Below are positions 1 through 9,456 of a DNA stretch of 64,000 bases, one piece after another. The DNA is from a virus. Taxonomy: Duplodnaviria; Caudoviricetes. The number at the start of each line of letters is the position of its first letter. Position 1 is the first letter of the stretch. The position numbers and the translations under genes were made by a program. The notes below the pieces were generated by a model. That model worked only from the letters and a program-made list of their open reading frames with translations, did not search any database and was not told the origin of the DNA. The stretch spans positions 11,939 to 75,938 of IMG/VR virus record IMGVR_UViG_3300025715_000361. One strand, 5' to 3'.

Positions 1-1
1 T

Positions 2-505
2 TTTTCTGAAAAAGTCGCAGATTGGATGGGTCGTTATGCAGAGTTAGCCCGTCAATATGGTCTGTCACTTCTTCAGGAAGAAGATACCGGCCTAACTTTT
101 GCTCAAGTATCAGGCGATGTTCAAATATTGAGCCGTCCAATTTGGCAAAAGGATGTTCAGCAGTCACGCTCACATACCCGTCTAAATCAATCCTGCGTCC
201 TGAAACAAACTGGTGATTCAATTCGCCGCCCCTTGCGCCCACCGGAAGCCTGTCAAGGTTGTGCCGTTTCGCAACCTTCCGCACATATCGGGCGGTTACG
301 CCGACAATATTGGCAACGTCTTTTGAACTACGTTTCCCGTCATATAATAAAATTATCAAACTTGTATTCTCATTCATTTGCTTCCCCCTTAACCGATAGG
401 CCCATAGTATCAATAGAAAGGTTAAGTGTCAAGGAAGAATATTGGGATATGCAGGTTTTGGATACGAATAATTATGTGACTGCGGACGGTGCGATACACC
501 ACAAT
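2..505 (+). other. Intein (C-terminal part) inserted in terminase Walker A
   Basis: YWDMQVLDTNNYVTADGAIHHN followed by Ser (506-508): intein blocks F/G with terminal His-Asn and Ser+1. Confidence 0.88.
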
Positions 506-1831
506 TCGGGCAAATCTTCTGCTTGCGTTATGGAGATCATCAGACGGGCAAGTTTGCAGGAGCCGGGGCCGGACGGAATCCGAAGGTCGAGATGGGCGGT
601 TGTTCGAAACTCATACGGGCAGTTGAAGGACACAACGATACGGACGTTCCACGATTGGTTCCCGCCGAAGCTTTTTGGAGAGTACCGTGTCACAGACCAT
701 ATGTTCATCATCACAAGGTTGCCGGGAATCCATCTTGAAATCCTTTTCAGGGCACTTGACAGGCCGGATCAGGTGTCAAATCTCCTCTCTCTCGAAGTAA
801 CATCCGCTTGGTTTAACGAATCAAGGGAAATTCCCAGAACAATCATAGAAGCCATGGACGCACGTATCGGTAGGTTCCCATCGAAAAGGGACGGTGGGCC
901 GACTTGGTACGGGATGATTATGGACACAAACCCGCCTGACGAAGATTCATACCTTTATAAGATGTTCGAAAAAGTCAAGCCGGACGGCTGGAAGATGTTC
1001 AAACAGCCGTCCGGCCTTTCCGCAAGAGCAGAGAACACGAAGCATTTGCCGAAAGGATACTATTCGAATCTCGCCAAGGGCAAGGACGAGATGTACAAGA
1101 GAATCTATATCCACGGGCAATACGGTTTTCTGGTTACTGGAAAGCCGGTGTTTCAGTCGTTTGTGGATAATGTACACGTGGCACCGAATATCATTGAGCC
1201 GATAAAAGGGCTTGATGTCATTCTGGGATTCGATTTCGGGTTGCAACCGGCATGTGCCATCGGGCAGATTGATCCGATGGGCAAACTGGTAATTCTTGAC
1301 GAACTGGTTTCAGATGGAATGGGGTTAAGGCAGTTTTGCGAGAGTCAATTGATACCGCTTTTGCGTAGGAAGTATTTTGGCATGAGCGTAATGGGGTATG
1401 GCGATCCATCCGGAGCATCAAGGGCACCGACAGATGAATCAACTTGCTTTGAAGTGCTTCATTCGAGGGAGGTCGGTCTTTCAGGGGTAATTCCCGCACC
1501 GACAAACGCCATAATGCCCCGTGTGTCTGCGGTAGAGACGTTTTTAAACAAGATGTGGCAGGGAGAGCCAGCGTTTTTGCTATCTCCAAACTGTCATTTT
1601 TTGCGTAAGGCATTGAATGGTGCGTATCATTACGAGAAGGAGCCGAAGTCGCAGGGAGAGGAATACAAGGCGATGCCTGTGAAAAACTTCTATTCCCATG
1701 TGTCTGATGCCTTGCAGATGCTTTGCATGTATCTTTCGGAGAAGGAATCACAGGACAGGCGGTGGAAATCGTTTCAGGCAACGATGAAGAGGCGGGAATA
1801 CAGGCCAGCAAGCTATGAGGCCGGTTATTAG
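2..1831 (+). CDS. terL: Terminase large subunit with intein (5' partial)
   Basis: Frame is open from base 2; SGKSSACVMEI Walker A remnant, WAVVRNSY, WFNESRE Walker B, GFDFGLQPA RNase H-like nuclease motif, SHVSDALQ; directly upstream of portal. Confidence 0.93.
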   Translation, partial: FSEKVADWMGRYAELARQYGLSLLQEEDTGLTFAQVSGDVQILSRPIWQKDVQQSRSHTRLNQSCVLKQTGDSIRRPLRPPEACQGCAVSQPSAHIGRLRRQYWQRLLNYVSRHIIKLSNLYSHSFASPLTDRPIVSIERLSVKEEYWDMQVLDTNNYVTADGAIHHNSGKSSACVMEIIRRASLQEPGPDGIRRSRWAVVRNSYGQLKDTTIRTFHDWFPPKLFGEYRVTDHMFIITRLPGIHLEILFRALDRPDQVSNLLSLEVTSAWFNESREIPRTIIEAMDARIGRFPSKRDGGPTWYGMIMDTNPPDEDSYLYKMFEKVKPDGWKMFKQPSGLSARAENTKHLPKGYYSNLAKGKDEMYKRIYIHGQYGFLVTGKPVFQSFVDNVHVAPNIIEPIKGLDVILGFDFGLQPACAIGQIDPMGKLVILDELVSDGMGLRQFCESQLIPLLRRKYFGMSVMGYGDPSGASRAPTDESTCFEVLHSREVGLSGVIPAPTNAIMPRVSAVETFLNKMWQGEPAFLLSPNCHFLRKALNGAYHYEKEPKSQGEEYKAMPVKNFYSHVSDALQMLCMYLSEKESQDRRWKSFQATMKRREYRPASYEAGY

Positions 1832-1842
1832 GGGAGAGAGCA

Positions 1843-4140
1843 ATGGACGAAATCAGGGCGGCATTTGAGAAGAAGGAACGCAATTCGAGTGTGATGGGGG
1901 AATTCGGGTTGCGGATGAAGGGTCTTTTCAACACGGCAAAGACATACAGAAGGGCAAAGGAACTGGAGTGGACGGAAAGTTTGCGGCAGTATAAGGGGCT
2001 TTACGATCCGACAGTAAAAATAGAGGCAAACAACTCGAAGGTTTATCCGAAAATAACAAGATCGAAAGTGAACATTGCTCTTTCCCGTCTCCATGAAATG
2101 CTTTTTCCCGAAAACGACAAGAACTGGGCCATTGAACCCACTCCCGAACCGAGAATTTCAAAGGAAACCGTAAAGGCAATCGCCCTGACGATGATTACAA
2201 AGGACGAGACGGGGAATCCGGTCATCCCTTCTGCGGAAGATTTGCGTCTCCAGATCAAAAGGTTTTGCGATGAAACGTGCAAGGCAATGACAGGCGAGAT
2301 AGAAGATCAGTTGATCGAAATGAACTATTCCGAGGAAACGAAGAAGGTTTTGCGGTCTGGGCTGATGTACGGGACGGGCGTTATGAAAGGCCCGATGATT
2401 ATGGATCGGATGAAGCGGAGGTGGCATCCTGTCGGGGGAAACGAGTACGAGGAGAAGGTGACATCGGACGAGGTTCCATTTTTTGAATTCGTGCGTATTT
2501 GGGATTGGTATCCAGACATGACCGTAACCGATCTCGACAAGATGAGCGGTTCGTTTCAACGTCACCTGATGACGAAGCATGATTTGCGTTCCCTGTTAAA
2601 GAGGGGCGACTTTTACAATGACATCCTCGAAGAGTACATAAAGGCACATCCGAATGGAGATTATGTGCCTGAAAACTGGGAAGTCGATCTTCAGGTGATT
2701 GAGATCGAAGCTTCAAAACAGACAGGGTATGTAAGAGCCGGATCAACGACAGATGTAAACACCGGATCGACATTCAGACAGCCGGGGGCAAAATATGAGG
2801 TGTTGGAGTATTGGGGTTACGTGGACGGTAACGATCTTGCCGCTTGCGGTGTGAACATAGAGGATGAAACGCTTGAGTATGGGGCAAATTTGTGGATTTT
2901 GGGTGGGAAAATCATCAAGGCAGTCCTCTATGACGGTGCTTTGGACAAATACAAGGTGTTTTACTACGAAAAAGATGAAACAAGCCTGTTTGGCGAGGGG
3001 CTTTGCCGGATCATGAGGCATTCGCAGATTGCGATAAGTGCCGGTGCAAGGATGGTTTTGGACAATGCCGCTTGCGTTTCAGGGCCGCAAGTGGAAGTGA
3101 ACTGGAATCTGATGACACCGGACACGGATTTGAACTCATTTTACCCAAGAAAGATATGGTATCGGGAAGGAAGGGGCATCGATGCCCAGTATCCGGCGAT
3201 CAGGAGCATTGAATTCGATTCGCACATACCGGAATTATTGTCGATTATCGACAAATTCAGGGAATTTGGTGACGAGGAAACCACTTTGCCGACATGGATG
3301 ATCGGTCAGATGGTGAACAACGAGACGGCACAGGCGACATCGGGCCGTATGGCTACCATTACGATCTCAATCAAGGATGTTGTGAAGAATTTCGATGCTT
3401 TTACGGAAAAAATCATCCGTGATCTGTATACGTGGAACATGGAATTCAATAAGAGGGCAGATATAAAGGGTGATTACAACGTGAAACCGAGGGGGGTTTC
3501 TTCTCTTGTGATGAAAGAGATAAGGATGAACCTTCTGAATCAGCTTCAAGCGTCCATGCAACCGGAAGATTGGGACTACATCCCCAGAGATCAGTTTTTG
3601 AAGGAAAAAATAAAGACTTTCGATCTTGCAATTACGATGCGGACGGAAGAGGAAGCTCAAAAAGTGCGTGAGGAACGTGAAAACAGCCGTATGCAACAGC
3701 TTGTGTACGCCCAGCTTGAGGCCGAAGTGCAGTACAAAAAAGCCCAGACGATGGCACAGCTTACAAAAGCGAAAGACAAGAACGTGGAAGCGATAAAACG
3801 GGCCGGAGAAGAGCCGGAGGGCGGCGAAGCGGTAAATGAGGAGCTTCAGAATGCTGAAGTGAGGGCAAAAACGGCAGAAAGCATCAAAAAGGAACAGGAA
3901 ATTGGTCTTGCACAGCAAAAACACGATCAGGAAATGAGGCAGAGGGAGCAAGAGCATTCGATACGCATGGCCGACCAGAAACTTGCGGCACTTCAAGCGG
4001 AAAGAAAGGCGAAAGCGGAGCTTGAAATGGAAAAGCAGAGGGTCGATCAGGAAATGAAAATGAAAAAAGAGATGCACGATGTAAAAAAGAAGGTTGCGGC
4101 GAAACCAAAACCACAGAAACCACAAAAAACCACAAAATGA
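1843..4140 (+). CDS. Portal protein
   Basis: 765 aa after terL; podoviral portal-like core (KITRSKV, GTGVMKG, FGEGL) and long C-terminal coiled coil. Confidence 0.88.
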   Translation: MDEIRAAFEKKERNSSVMGEFGLRMKGLFNTAKTYRRAKELEWTESLRQYKGLYDPTVKIEANNSKVYPKITRSKVNIALSRLHEMLFPENDKNWAIEPTPEPRISKETVKAIALTMITKDETGNPVIPSAEDLRLQIKRFCDETCKAMTGEIEDQLIEMNYSEETKKVLRSGLMYGTGVMKGPMIMDRMKRRWHPVGGNEYEEKVTSDEVPFFEFVRIWDWYPDMTVTDLDKMSGSFQRHLMTKHDLRSLLKRGDFYNDILEEYIKAHPNGDYVPENWEVDLQVIEIEASKQTGYVRAGSTTDVNTGSTFRQPGAKYEVLEYWGYVDGNDLAACGVNIEDETLEYGANLWILGGKIIKAVLYDGALDKYKVFYYEKDETSLFGEGLCRIMRHSQIAISAGARMVLDNAACVSGPQVEVNWNLMTPDTDLNSFYPRKIWYREGRGIDAQYPAIRSIEFDSHIPELLSIIDKFREFGDEETTLPTWMIGQMVNNETAQATSGRMATITISIKDVVKNFDAFTEKIIRDLYTWNMEFNKRADIKGDYNVKPRGVSSLVMKEIRMNLLNQLQASMQPEDWDYIPRDQFLKEKIKTFDLAITMRTEEEAQKVREERENSRMQQLVYAQLEAEVQYKKAQTMAQLTKAKDKNVEAIKRAGEEPEGGEAVNEELQNAEVRAKTAESIKKEQEIGLAQQKHDQEMRQREQEHSIRMADQKLAALQAERKAKAELEMEKQRVDQEMKMKKEMHDVKKKVAAKPKPQKPQKTTK

Positions 4141-4148
4141 GGGATTAG

Positions 4149-4382
4149 ATGGACAAAACACAAGCTATTTTGCTCGGTCAATTGTATGAGGTGCGTTTTT
4201 CAGAGCCTATAAAGATCGTGCGGAGGCTTATGGAGATGCGTCTTGCGGATTTGAGGGAATACAACGACACGGCAGGGCCGCCACAGATTTCTCTTAATCA
4301 GGGGGGTATAAGCGAGATAAAATTGTTTTTATCATGGTTAGATAAGGGGCTTCCTTCTTTCAAGAAAGAGCTTGAAAAGTAG
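4149..4382 (+). CDS. Hypothetical protein
   Basis: 77 aa, GAGG RBS, in head operon. Confidence 0.7.
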   Translation: MDKTQAILLGQLYEVRFSEPIKIVRRLMEMRLADLREYNDTAGPPQISLNQGGISEIKLFLSWLDKGLPSFKKELEK

Positions 4383-4390
4383 GAGGGACT

Positions 4391-4546
4391 ATGATAAGCC
4401 GTGAACGAGAGTCACAAAGCGTTCAATCGATTGCCAACGGGTGTTTTGGAACTGCAACGCACGTGGTAATACGAAAAGAAGAGATTATCGATATTTTAAG
4501 AGCCATTGACGGTGTAAAAAGAAAACTGCAAATGGTTCTGAAGTAA
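4391..4546 (+). CDS. Small hypothetical protein (51 aa, not in ORF track)
   Basis: AGGAGG RBS then ATG: MISRERESQ...KLQMVLK*. Confidence 0.6.
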   Translation: MISRERESQSVQSIANGCFGTATHVVIRKEEIIDILRAIDGVKRKLQMVLK

Positions 4547-4579
4547 CATACGCTTAAAGCCCAAGACTCTTACGGGAAC

Positions 4580-4619
4580 AAAAGCCACCATGGTGTAACA
4601 GCCATAGGTGGCTTTTTTA
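4580..4619 (+). terminator. Rho-independent terminator
   Basis: AAAAGCCACC-ATGG/CCAT-A-GGTGGCTTTT stem followed by T run. Confidence 0.7.
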
Positions 4620-4636
4620 TTTTAAGGAGGGAAGTT

Positions 4637-5584
4637 ATGCCGAAGGCCAATGAGAGGGAATTGGAAGATTCTAATGCGGAGTTTGATGAGGTATTTGACG
4701 AAGCAGTAGGGGAGAAGGACGAAGAAAAAGAAAAAAATGACGATTCCCTGAACGAAGAAGAGGGAAAGGATAAAGAAGCCGAAGCCGCTCGCCTTGCGGA
4801 GGAAGAAGCGGCACGGTTAAAAGCAGAGGAAGAAGCAAAAGCAAAGAAGGGCGAGGAAGAGACATACGAACAGCGGTGGAAAACCCTTCAGGGAATATAC
4901 CGGCACGAAAAAGAGGAGTGGGAGAACCAAAGGAATAAACTGGTAGCGGATTTGGAGGCATCCAAAAAGCCGCCAGAGGAAAAAGAGAAGAAGCCGTCTA
5001 TTCCGGCCGCACTTTATGACAGCCTTAGTCCGGAGGAAAAGGCCGAGTTTGAAGAGTACGATTCGGAATTTGACGTTATTTCGAAAATGGAGGGCAAAAA
5101 GCGGAATCTTGAATTCAACAAGCTGAGGAAAGAATTCGAAGAGAGGTTGACGGAGATTGTTTCACAGCTTGCGGAAGCGAAAGAGACCGGGAAGGTTGCC
5201 ACCCAGAAAGCAGAGTCCCTTGAGGACTTGCGGTTGGAGGAGGAACATTTCAATAAAATCCGTGAGAAGCATAGTGATTTCGAGAAATTCAGGGACGATG
5301 GCTCCATTGAAAAGTGGATCAAGTCCAAACCGAAATACATGCAGGGAAAGCTGACTGAGGTTTATGAAAGCGGCAGCACGGATGAGGTGATTGAGTTTCT
5401 CGATGATTTTAAAAAAGAAAATGGAGTTGATGCAGAACGTGTTCCTGATCCAAACAGGAAAAAGATGGAGAAGAAGGACGCAATGCGTTCCGTGACATCA
5501 AGAAGAGGTTCTGTGAACCCCTCCATTGCACCGGCAGAGGATTATGAGTCTGCCTACGAGGAAGCAATCAGTAAGGGAGGTTAA
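4637..5584 (+). CDS. Capsid scaffolding protein
   Basis: Very acidic coiled-coil protein immediately before capsid gene; EQRWKTLQG motif; AAGGAGG RBS. Confidence 0.75.
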   Translation: MPKANERELEDSNAEFDEVFDEAVGEKDEEKEKNDDSLNEEEGKDKEAEAARLAEEEAARLKAEEEAKAKKGEEETYEQRWKTLQGIYRHEKEEWENQRNKLVADLEASKKPPEEKEKKPSIPAALYDSLSPEEKAEFEEYDSEFDVISKMEGKKRNLEFNKLRKEFEERLTEIVSQLAEAKETGKVATQKAESLEDLRLEEEHFNKIREKHSDFEKFRDDGSIEKWIKSKPKYMQGKLTEVYESGSTDEVIEFLDDFKKENGVDAERVPDPNRKKMEKKDAMRSVTSRRGSVNPSIAPAEDYESAYEEAISKGG

Positions 5585-5586
5585 AC

Positions 5587-6576
5587 ATGGCAATGACTGT
5601 TTACGGGGATATCACCCCCAGAACTGCGGCATATGTGGTGGTCGAACTTCTCAAAAGGGCAATGCCTTATCTTTGCCTTGAGAAATTCGGTCAGAGCAAA
5701 TCACTTCCGGCGAACAAAACGCAGTCCATGAAATTCAGGCGGTACAATTCGCTCGGGCTTCGGACTACGCCCCTCACGGAAGGTGTCACCCCGGCATCCG
5801 AAAAGCTGACCGCAACGGACATCACGGCAACGCTGTATCAGTACGGCGGCCTTGTCGAGATTACCGATGTGATTCAGGACACTCACGAAGATCCGGTTCT
5901 TCAGGAAGCGGTGGCGGTTTCCGGCGAACAGGCGGCAAAGACCGTGGAAACGCTTCGTTACAACATCCTGAAAGCCTGCACGAACGTGTTTTATGCGAAT
6001 TCGGTTGCGGGAAGGACATCGGTTGTTGCAACAATCTCAAGAGCGGATCAGCGAAAAATCGTTCGTGCTTTGGAACGACAGGAAGCACAGCACATCACCA
6101 GTATCGTTAAATCCACCCCCAATTTCAATACCGAGTCCATCCTTCCGGCGTTTGTCGGAGTGACCCATGTGGACATGACTTCTGATATCAGGAGTCTTGC
6201 CGGTTTCACATCGGTTGCGGATTACGGCAGTGTGAAGGGATGGGAAACGGAGATCGGTTCCTGTGAGGATGTGCGGTATCTGAAATCCACGATTTTCTCA
6301 CCGTATGATGACGGCGGTTCGGCAACGACTACCGGGAAGCTGACGGCAACTGGTGCCGGATGTGACGTTTATCCGGTGATGATTTTCGGCAAGGATGCTT
6401 ATGGCCTGATCGCACTGAAAGGGAAATACGCAATCACGCCGATCGTTATTAACCCTGTTCCGTCCAAGTCCGATCCTCTCGGCCAGAGGGGTTCCGTGTC
6501 TTGGAAAACGATGCAGACTACGGTCATCCTGAACGATGCGTGGATGGCTGTGTACGAGTGTGCTTGTACGGATTGA
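5587..6576 (+). CDS. Major capsid protein, N4-gp56-like family
   Basis: YGDITPRTAAY, LEKFGQ, KFRRY, QYGGLVEITD, DPLGQRGSVSWK motifs. Confidence 0.92.
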   Translation: MAMTVYGDITPRTAAYVVVELLKRAMPYLCLEKFGQSKSLPANKTQSMKFRRYNSLGLRTTPLTEGVTPASEKLTATDITATLYQYGGLVEITDVIQDTHEDPVLQEAVAVSGEQAAKTVETLRYNILKACTNVFYANSVAGRTSVVATISRADQRKIVRALERQEAQHITSIVKSTPNFNTESILPAFVGVTHVDMTSDIRSLAGFTSVADYGSVKGWETEIGSCEDVRYLKSTIFSPYDDGGSATTTGKLTATGAGCDVYPVMIFGKDAYGLIALKGKYAITPIVINPVPSKSDPLGQRGSVSWKTMQTTVILNDAWMAVYECACTD

Positions 6577-6682
6577 TGGGTATAGTTGGCCCAAAGTAAC
6601 ACGTGCGTATTGCTCATTCAAGCCGGTACGCCAGTTGACGCTAAAAGTCTTGAACAACGCAACTACATTGGAGGATTAAAAC

Positions 6683-7264
6683 ATGGCTTACAGAAAATTC
6701 GATGACCCGCCTCTCAGCAGGGACAATGCACCGAGGAAGATTTATCCCGCAATGCCGTGGGAGACGTTCAGACGGGCAATTCAGTCCATCACGAACCGTG
6801 TCGTAAGCGGCACGAATGGCACGATGGGTGGAACTGCCGGAATCGGTGCCGCATGGCTTGGAACCGGAAGCACTGCCGGTCTTAAGCTGAATACGGCACT
6901 CGCCCTGTGCATCAATGGGCAGTATGGAACTGCAAGTGCACAGGACAACCTTTTCCTTCCGACCGGTACGCAGAGCAAATCCACCTACGTGAAGTATCTG
7001 GTGGCGGCGAAGTTTGGAACGAATGCAACGATCTTTGCCGGTAACGAAGGGACGGATTCCACGCATGCTTACCTTCCCGATTGCCCAGATGGATATGTGG
7101 CGGTTGGGTATATGGAGTATGTGACGGGAACTGCCGGTGCGTTCATCCGCTTCGGCGGCGGTACGGCAGGCGGTGCGAACGTTGTTTCCGGCAATGCTGC
7201 GGCAACTTGCGGAACGGTTTCTGGGTACACCCAGCTTCTGCACATGCCGTTTAACGAAGTCTAA
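6683..7264 (+). CDS. Gly/Thr-rich virion protein (decoration/fibre candidate)
   Basis: Follows capsid gene; GGAGG RBS; GTNGT and GTAG motifs. Confidence 0.6.
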   Translation: MAYRKFDDPPLSRDNAPRKIYPAMPWETFRRAIQSITNRVVSGTNGTMGGTAGIGAAWLGTGSTAGLKLNTALALCINGQYGTASAQDNLFLPTGTQSKSTYVKYLVAAKFGTNATIFAGNEGTDSTHAYLPDCPDGYVAVGYMEYVTGTAGAFIRFGGGTAGGANVVSGNAAATCGTVSGYTQLLHMPFNEV

Positions 7265-7270
7265 ACAACT

Positions 7271-7302
7271 GGAGGGGGGAGGAGCGTATTCCTCTCTCCT
7301 CC
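7271..7302 (+). terminator. GC-rich hairpin, possible terminator or processing site
   Basis: GGAGGGGGGAGGA/TCCTCTCTCCTCC 13-bp stem with 2 G-U pairs; no clear U tract. Confidence 0.45.
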
Positions 7303-7324
7303 ATTAACATGAGGGAGAAACTAT

Positions 7325-7681
7325 ATGGGCAGAGTAAAAACAGATCAGGAAAAAAACCCTGATAAATACTTTAACAGTCCGCAGGGTCACATTCGTGACA
7401 GGATCATTATCAGCGATTCGGCAGACATTCCGAGAGAAGGGATTTTCATCTCACTTAACGGTTTTGCTTTCCTTGCGAAACCGGGGGTGGAGATCGATTT
7501 GCCGAGGCCGGTAAGGCTGATGCTGGATACGAGGATCAAGACCGAAGTGGTACAGGTCGATGGCAAGGATCACGTGCGTCACATTAAAAGGTTCGCATAC
7601 CAGATCGTTGCGTTGGATGTTGACAGTTTGGAGAAAGAAGCAGAGGTCGAATCGGCACAGCTTGAGGAGGCTGTTCAATGA
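7325..7681 (+). CDS. Hypothetical head-module protein
   Basis: 118 aa, GAGG RBS, ATGA overlap with next gene. Confidence 0.7.
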   Translation: MGRVKTDQEKNPDKYFNSPQGHIRDRIIISDSADIPREGIFISLNGFAFLAKPGVEIDLPRPVRLMLDTRIKTEVVQVDGKDHVRHIKRFAYQIVALDVDSLEKEAEVESAQLEEAVQ

Positions 7682-8430
7682 TCGGAAGGGAGTTGATTGC
7701 CCATCTCCGTGAAAGTATGCTTGATGATACCCAGTTGCCGTATCTGTGGCCTGATTCAGAGTTGTTGCGGTTTCTGAATTATGCGGAAGTACAGGCTTGC
7801 AGAAGGGCACATTTGATCATCGATGCGGAAACGACAAACGATAACGGGACAGCCGCAACTGCCGGGACGCTTGGACAACAACCATTATGCCGTGTATCCG
7901 TGGTTGCGAATCAAGCTACTTATATTTTAAGCCCGAAGATTTTGCAGATCAAGCGGTGCCAGTTGATGTCCATGCTGTACCCGTTGGAAGGGCCGTTGCA
8001 TTATCCGCATCTTGACGAGCAAATGTCCGGTTGGTTTGGAACGTATGGGTCAAGCGGAACGGTAGGGACTGCGGGTACTGGAGGCGTTCCTTATGCCTTC
8101 ATGAATGAACCGGGGAATACATTGACGTTTGTTTTAGCTCCCGGTGCATCGGATACGGCATTCTTGATCGTGTCGAGATTGCCGTTGACACAGTTTACAT
8201 TGCAAACTTCTCCGGAAGTGCCGGAGAAGTATCATATCGATTTGTGCGATTGGGCGGCACACCTTGCTTTAATGAAACCGGATTCTGATACGATAAACAT
8301 GAATCTGGCGAAGGTGTACGAGGATCGATTCACGGCAAAATTCGGGCCGTTACCGGACGCATACAGCGACAGGATGAGGAAGGTTCTTGTCCAGAAAACG
8401 AGAATGCGTCCAAGGGAGTTCGGTAGTTAG
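7678..8430 (+). CDS. Head-tail adaptor/connector-like protein
   Basis: LWPDSELLRFLNYAEVQACRR N-terminus and PEVPEKYHIDLCDWAAHLA C-terminus resemble podoviral adaptors; contains GTAGT insertions. Confidence 0.6.
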   Translation: MIGRELIAHLRESMLDDTQLPYLWPDSELLRFLNYAEVQACRRAHLIIDAETTNDNGTAATAGTLGQQPLCRVSVVANQATYILSPKILQIKRCQLMSMLYPLEGPLHYPHLDEQMSGWFGTYGSSGTVGTAGTGGVPYAFMNEPGNTLTFVLAPGASDTAFLIVSRLPLTQFTLQTSPEVPEKYHIDLCDWAAHLALMKPDSDTINMNLAKVYEDRFTAKFGPLPDAYSDRMRKVLVQKTRMRPREFGS

Positions 8431-8439
8431 GAGGTTAAA

Positions 8440-8646
8440 ATGGCGATTAAAAAAGGATCAAAGGAAAGTCCGCAGATTTTTGTCGTTACGGACAATCCCA
8501 ACAAGCTTGGAACTACCCCGCTTAAAATCGGAGACATCGCAATCAATACGGGCCTTATGACGCTGTATTTTTGCAAGTCAACGGCAAAGGGAACTCCGGC
8601 TTCTGGGTGCGTTATCGATAGTTGGGGTACTGCGGGTACTGCGTAA
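8440..8646 (+). CDS. Small virion protein ending in GTAGTA
   Basis: 68 aa, AGGAGG RBS. Confidence 0.7.
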   Translation: MAIKKGSKESPQIFVVTDNPNKLGTTPLKIGDIAINTGLMTLYFCKSTAKGTPASGCVIDSWGTAGTA

Positions 8647-8654
8647 TCCATAGG

Positions 8655-8684
8655 CGGGGGGAGCGGAACGACTTGCTCCCCCCG
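8655..8684 (+). other. Perfect 10-bp GC hairpin
   Basis: CGGGGGGAGC / GCTCCCCCCG, intergenic, no U tract. Confidence 0.5.
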
Positions 8685-8701
8685 ATTGAAAGGACGAAGC
8701 C

Positions 8702-9067
8702 ATGGAACGAAGCATCAAGACTATCAGTTTGTTTAAATCCCAGACGGTTGTTGCCGGAAGCTCCGGAATCTCCGATCCAATTGATCTCCGTGATATTTCG
8801 AAGAACGGAGATTTTTCCGTTTATTACAAGATCGACAAAGCCGGTGGAGTGGCAACTTGCGGTTCTGCAAAACTGTCGTTTACCGGGAGTCCTGTATATG
8901 ACGGAACATACATCAGCCCGACAAATGGGACATTCGGGACGGTAGGCGATGGAGGCGGTAATGATATTGTAGAGATAACGCCGCCCGTTATGCCGTTCAT
9001 GAAAATCAACATTGCTATCGGTACCAGTGGCACGGCATTGGTGACTGCTTCTCTCCATGTCAGATAA
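8702..9067 (+). CDS. Virion protein, hypothetical
   Basis: 121 aa, beta-rich, contains GTSGTA. Confidence 0.7.
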   Translation: MERSIKTISLFKSQTVVAGSSGISDPIDLRDISKNGDFSVYYKIDKAGGVATCGSAKLSFTGSPVYDGTYISPTNGTFGTVGDGGGNDIVEITPPVMPFMKINIAIGTSGTALVTASLHVR

Positions 9068-9078
9068 GGGGGTGCGTA

Positions 9079-9456
9079 ATGGCGAATATACGCAAACTGG
9101 TTCTGACAAGGGGCGACTCCAAGACTTACACTCTTACCTTTAAAGATGCGAATGGAAACCCTTATTGCCTGAAGAACTGGGTGGTTTTCTTCACAATGAA
9201 AACCAATTGGGAGCTTCCTGACGCACAAGCCTCACTCCAGAAAACCGTAACAACATTTGCCGACACAACCGGAGGAACAAGCGGGGTGGCGTACATTACG
9301 TTGCTTCCATCGGATACGTCCGCTCTTGATCCCGGCGAATATGATTTTGATATTGCGGTTTGCACGAACCAAAATGCCGTTTACACGGTAATGAAGGGTA
9401 AAGTCGATCTTGAGTATGACGTAACGAATTCAACTGGTACTGCCGGGACTGCGTGA
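9079..9456 (+). CDS. BppU N-terminal-like (Ig-like) tail protein ending in GTAGTA
   Basis: LTRGDSKTYTLTFKDANGNPY...GEYDFDI pattern. Confidence 0.6.
   Translation: MANIRKLVLTRGDSKTYTLTFKDANGNPYCLKNWVVFFTMKTNWELPDAQASLQKTVTTFADTTGGTSGVAYITLLPSDTSALDPGEYDFDIAVCTNQNAVYTVMKGKVDLEYDVTNSTGTAGTA

Noticed and set aside
6577-6682. Riboswitch after the capsid gene
   Set aside because: Only short complementarities (TTCAAG/CTTGAA, AGTTG/CAACT); no recognisable family consensus
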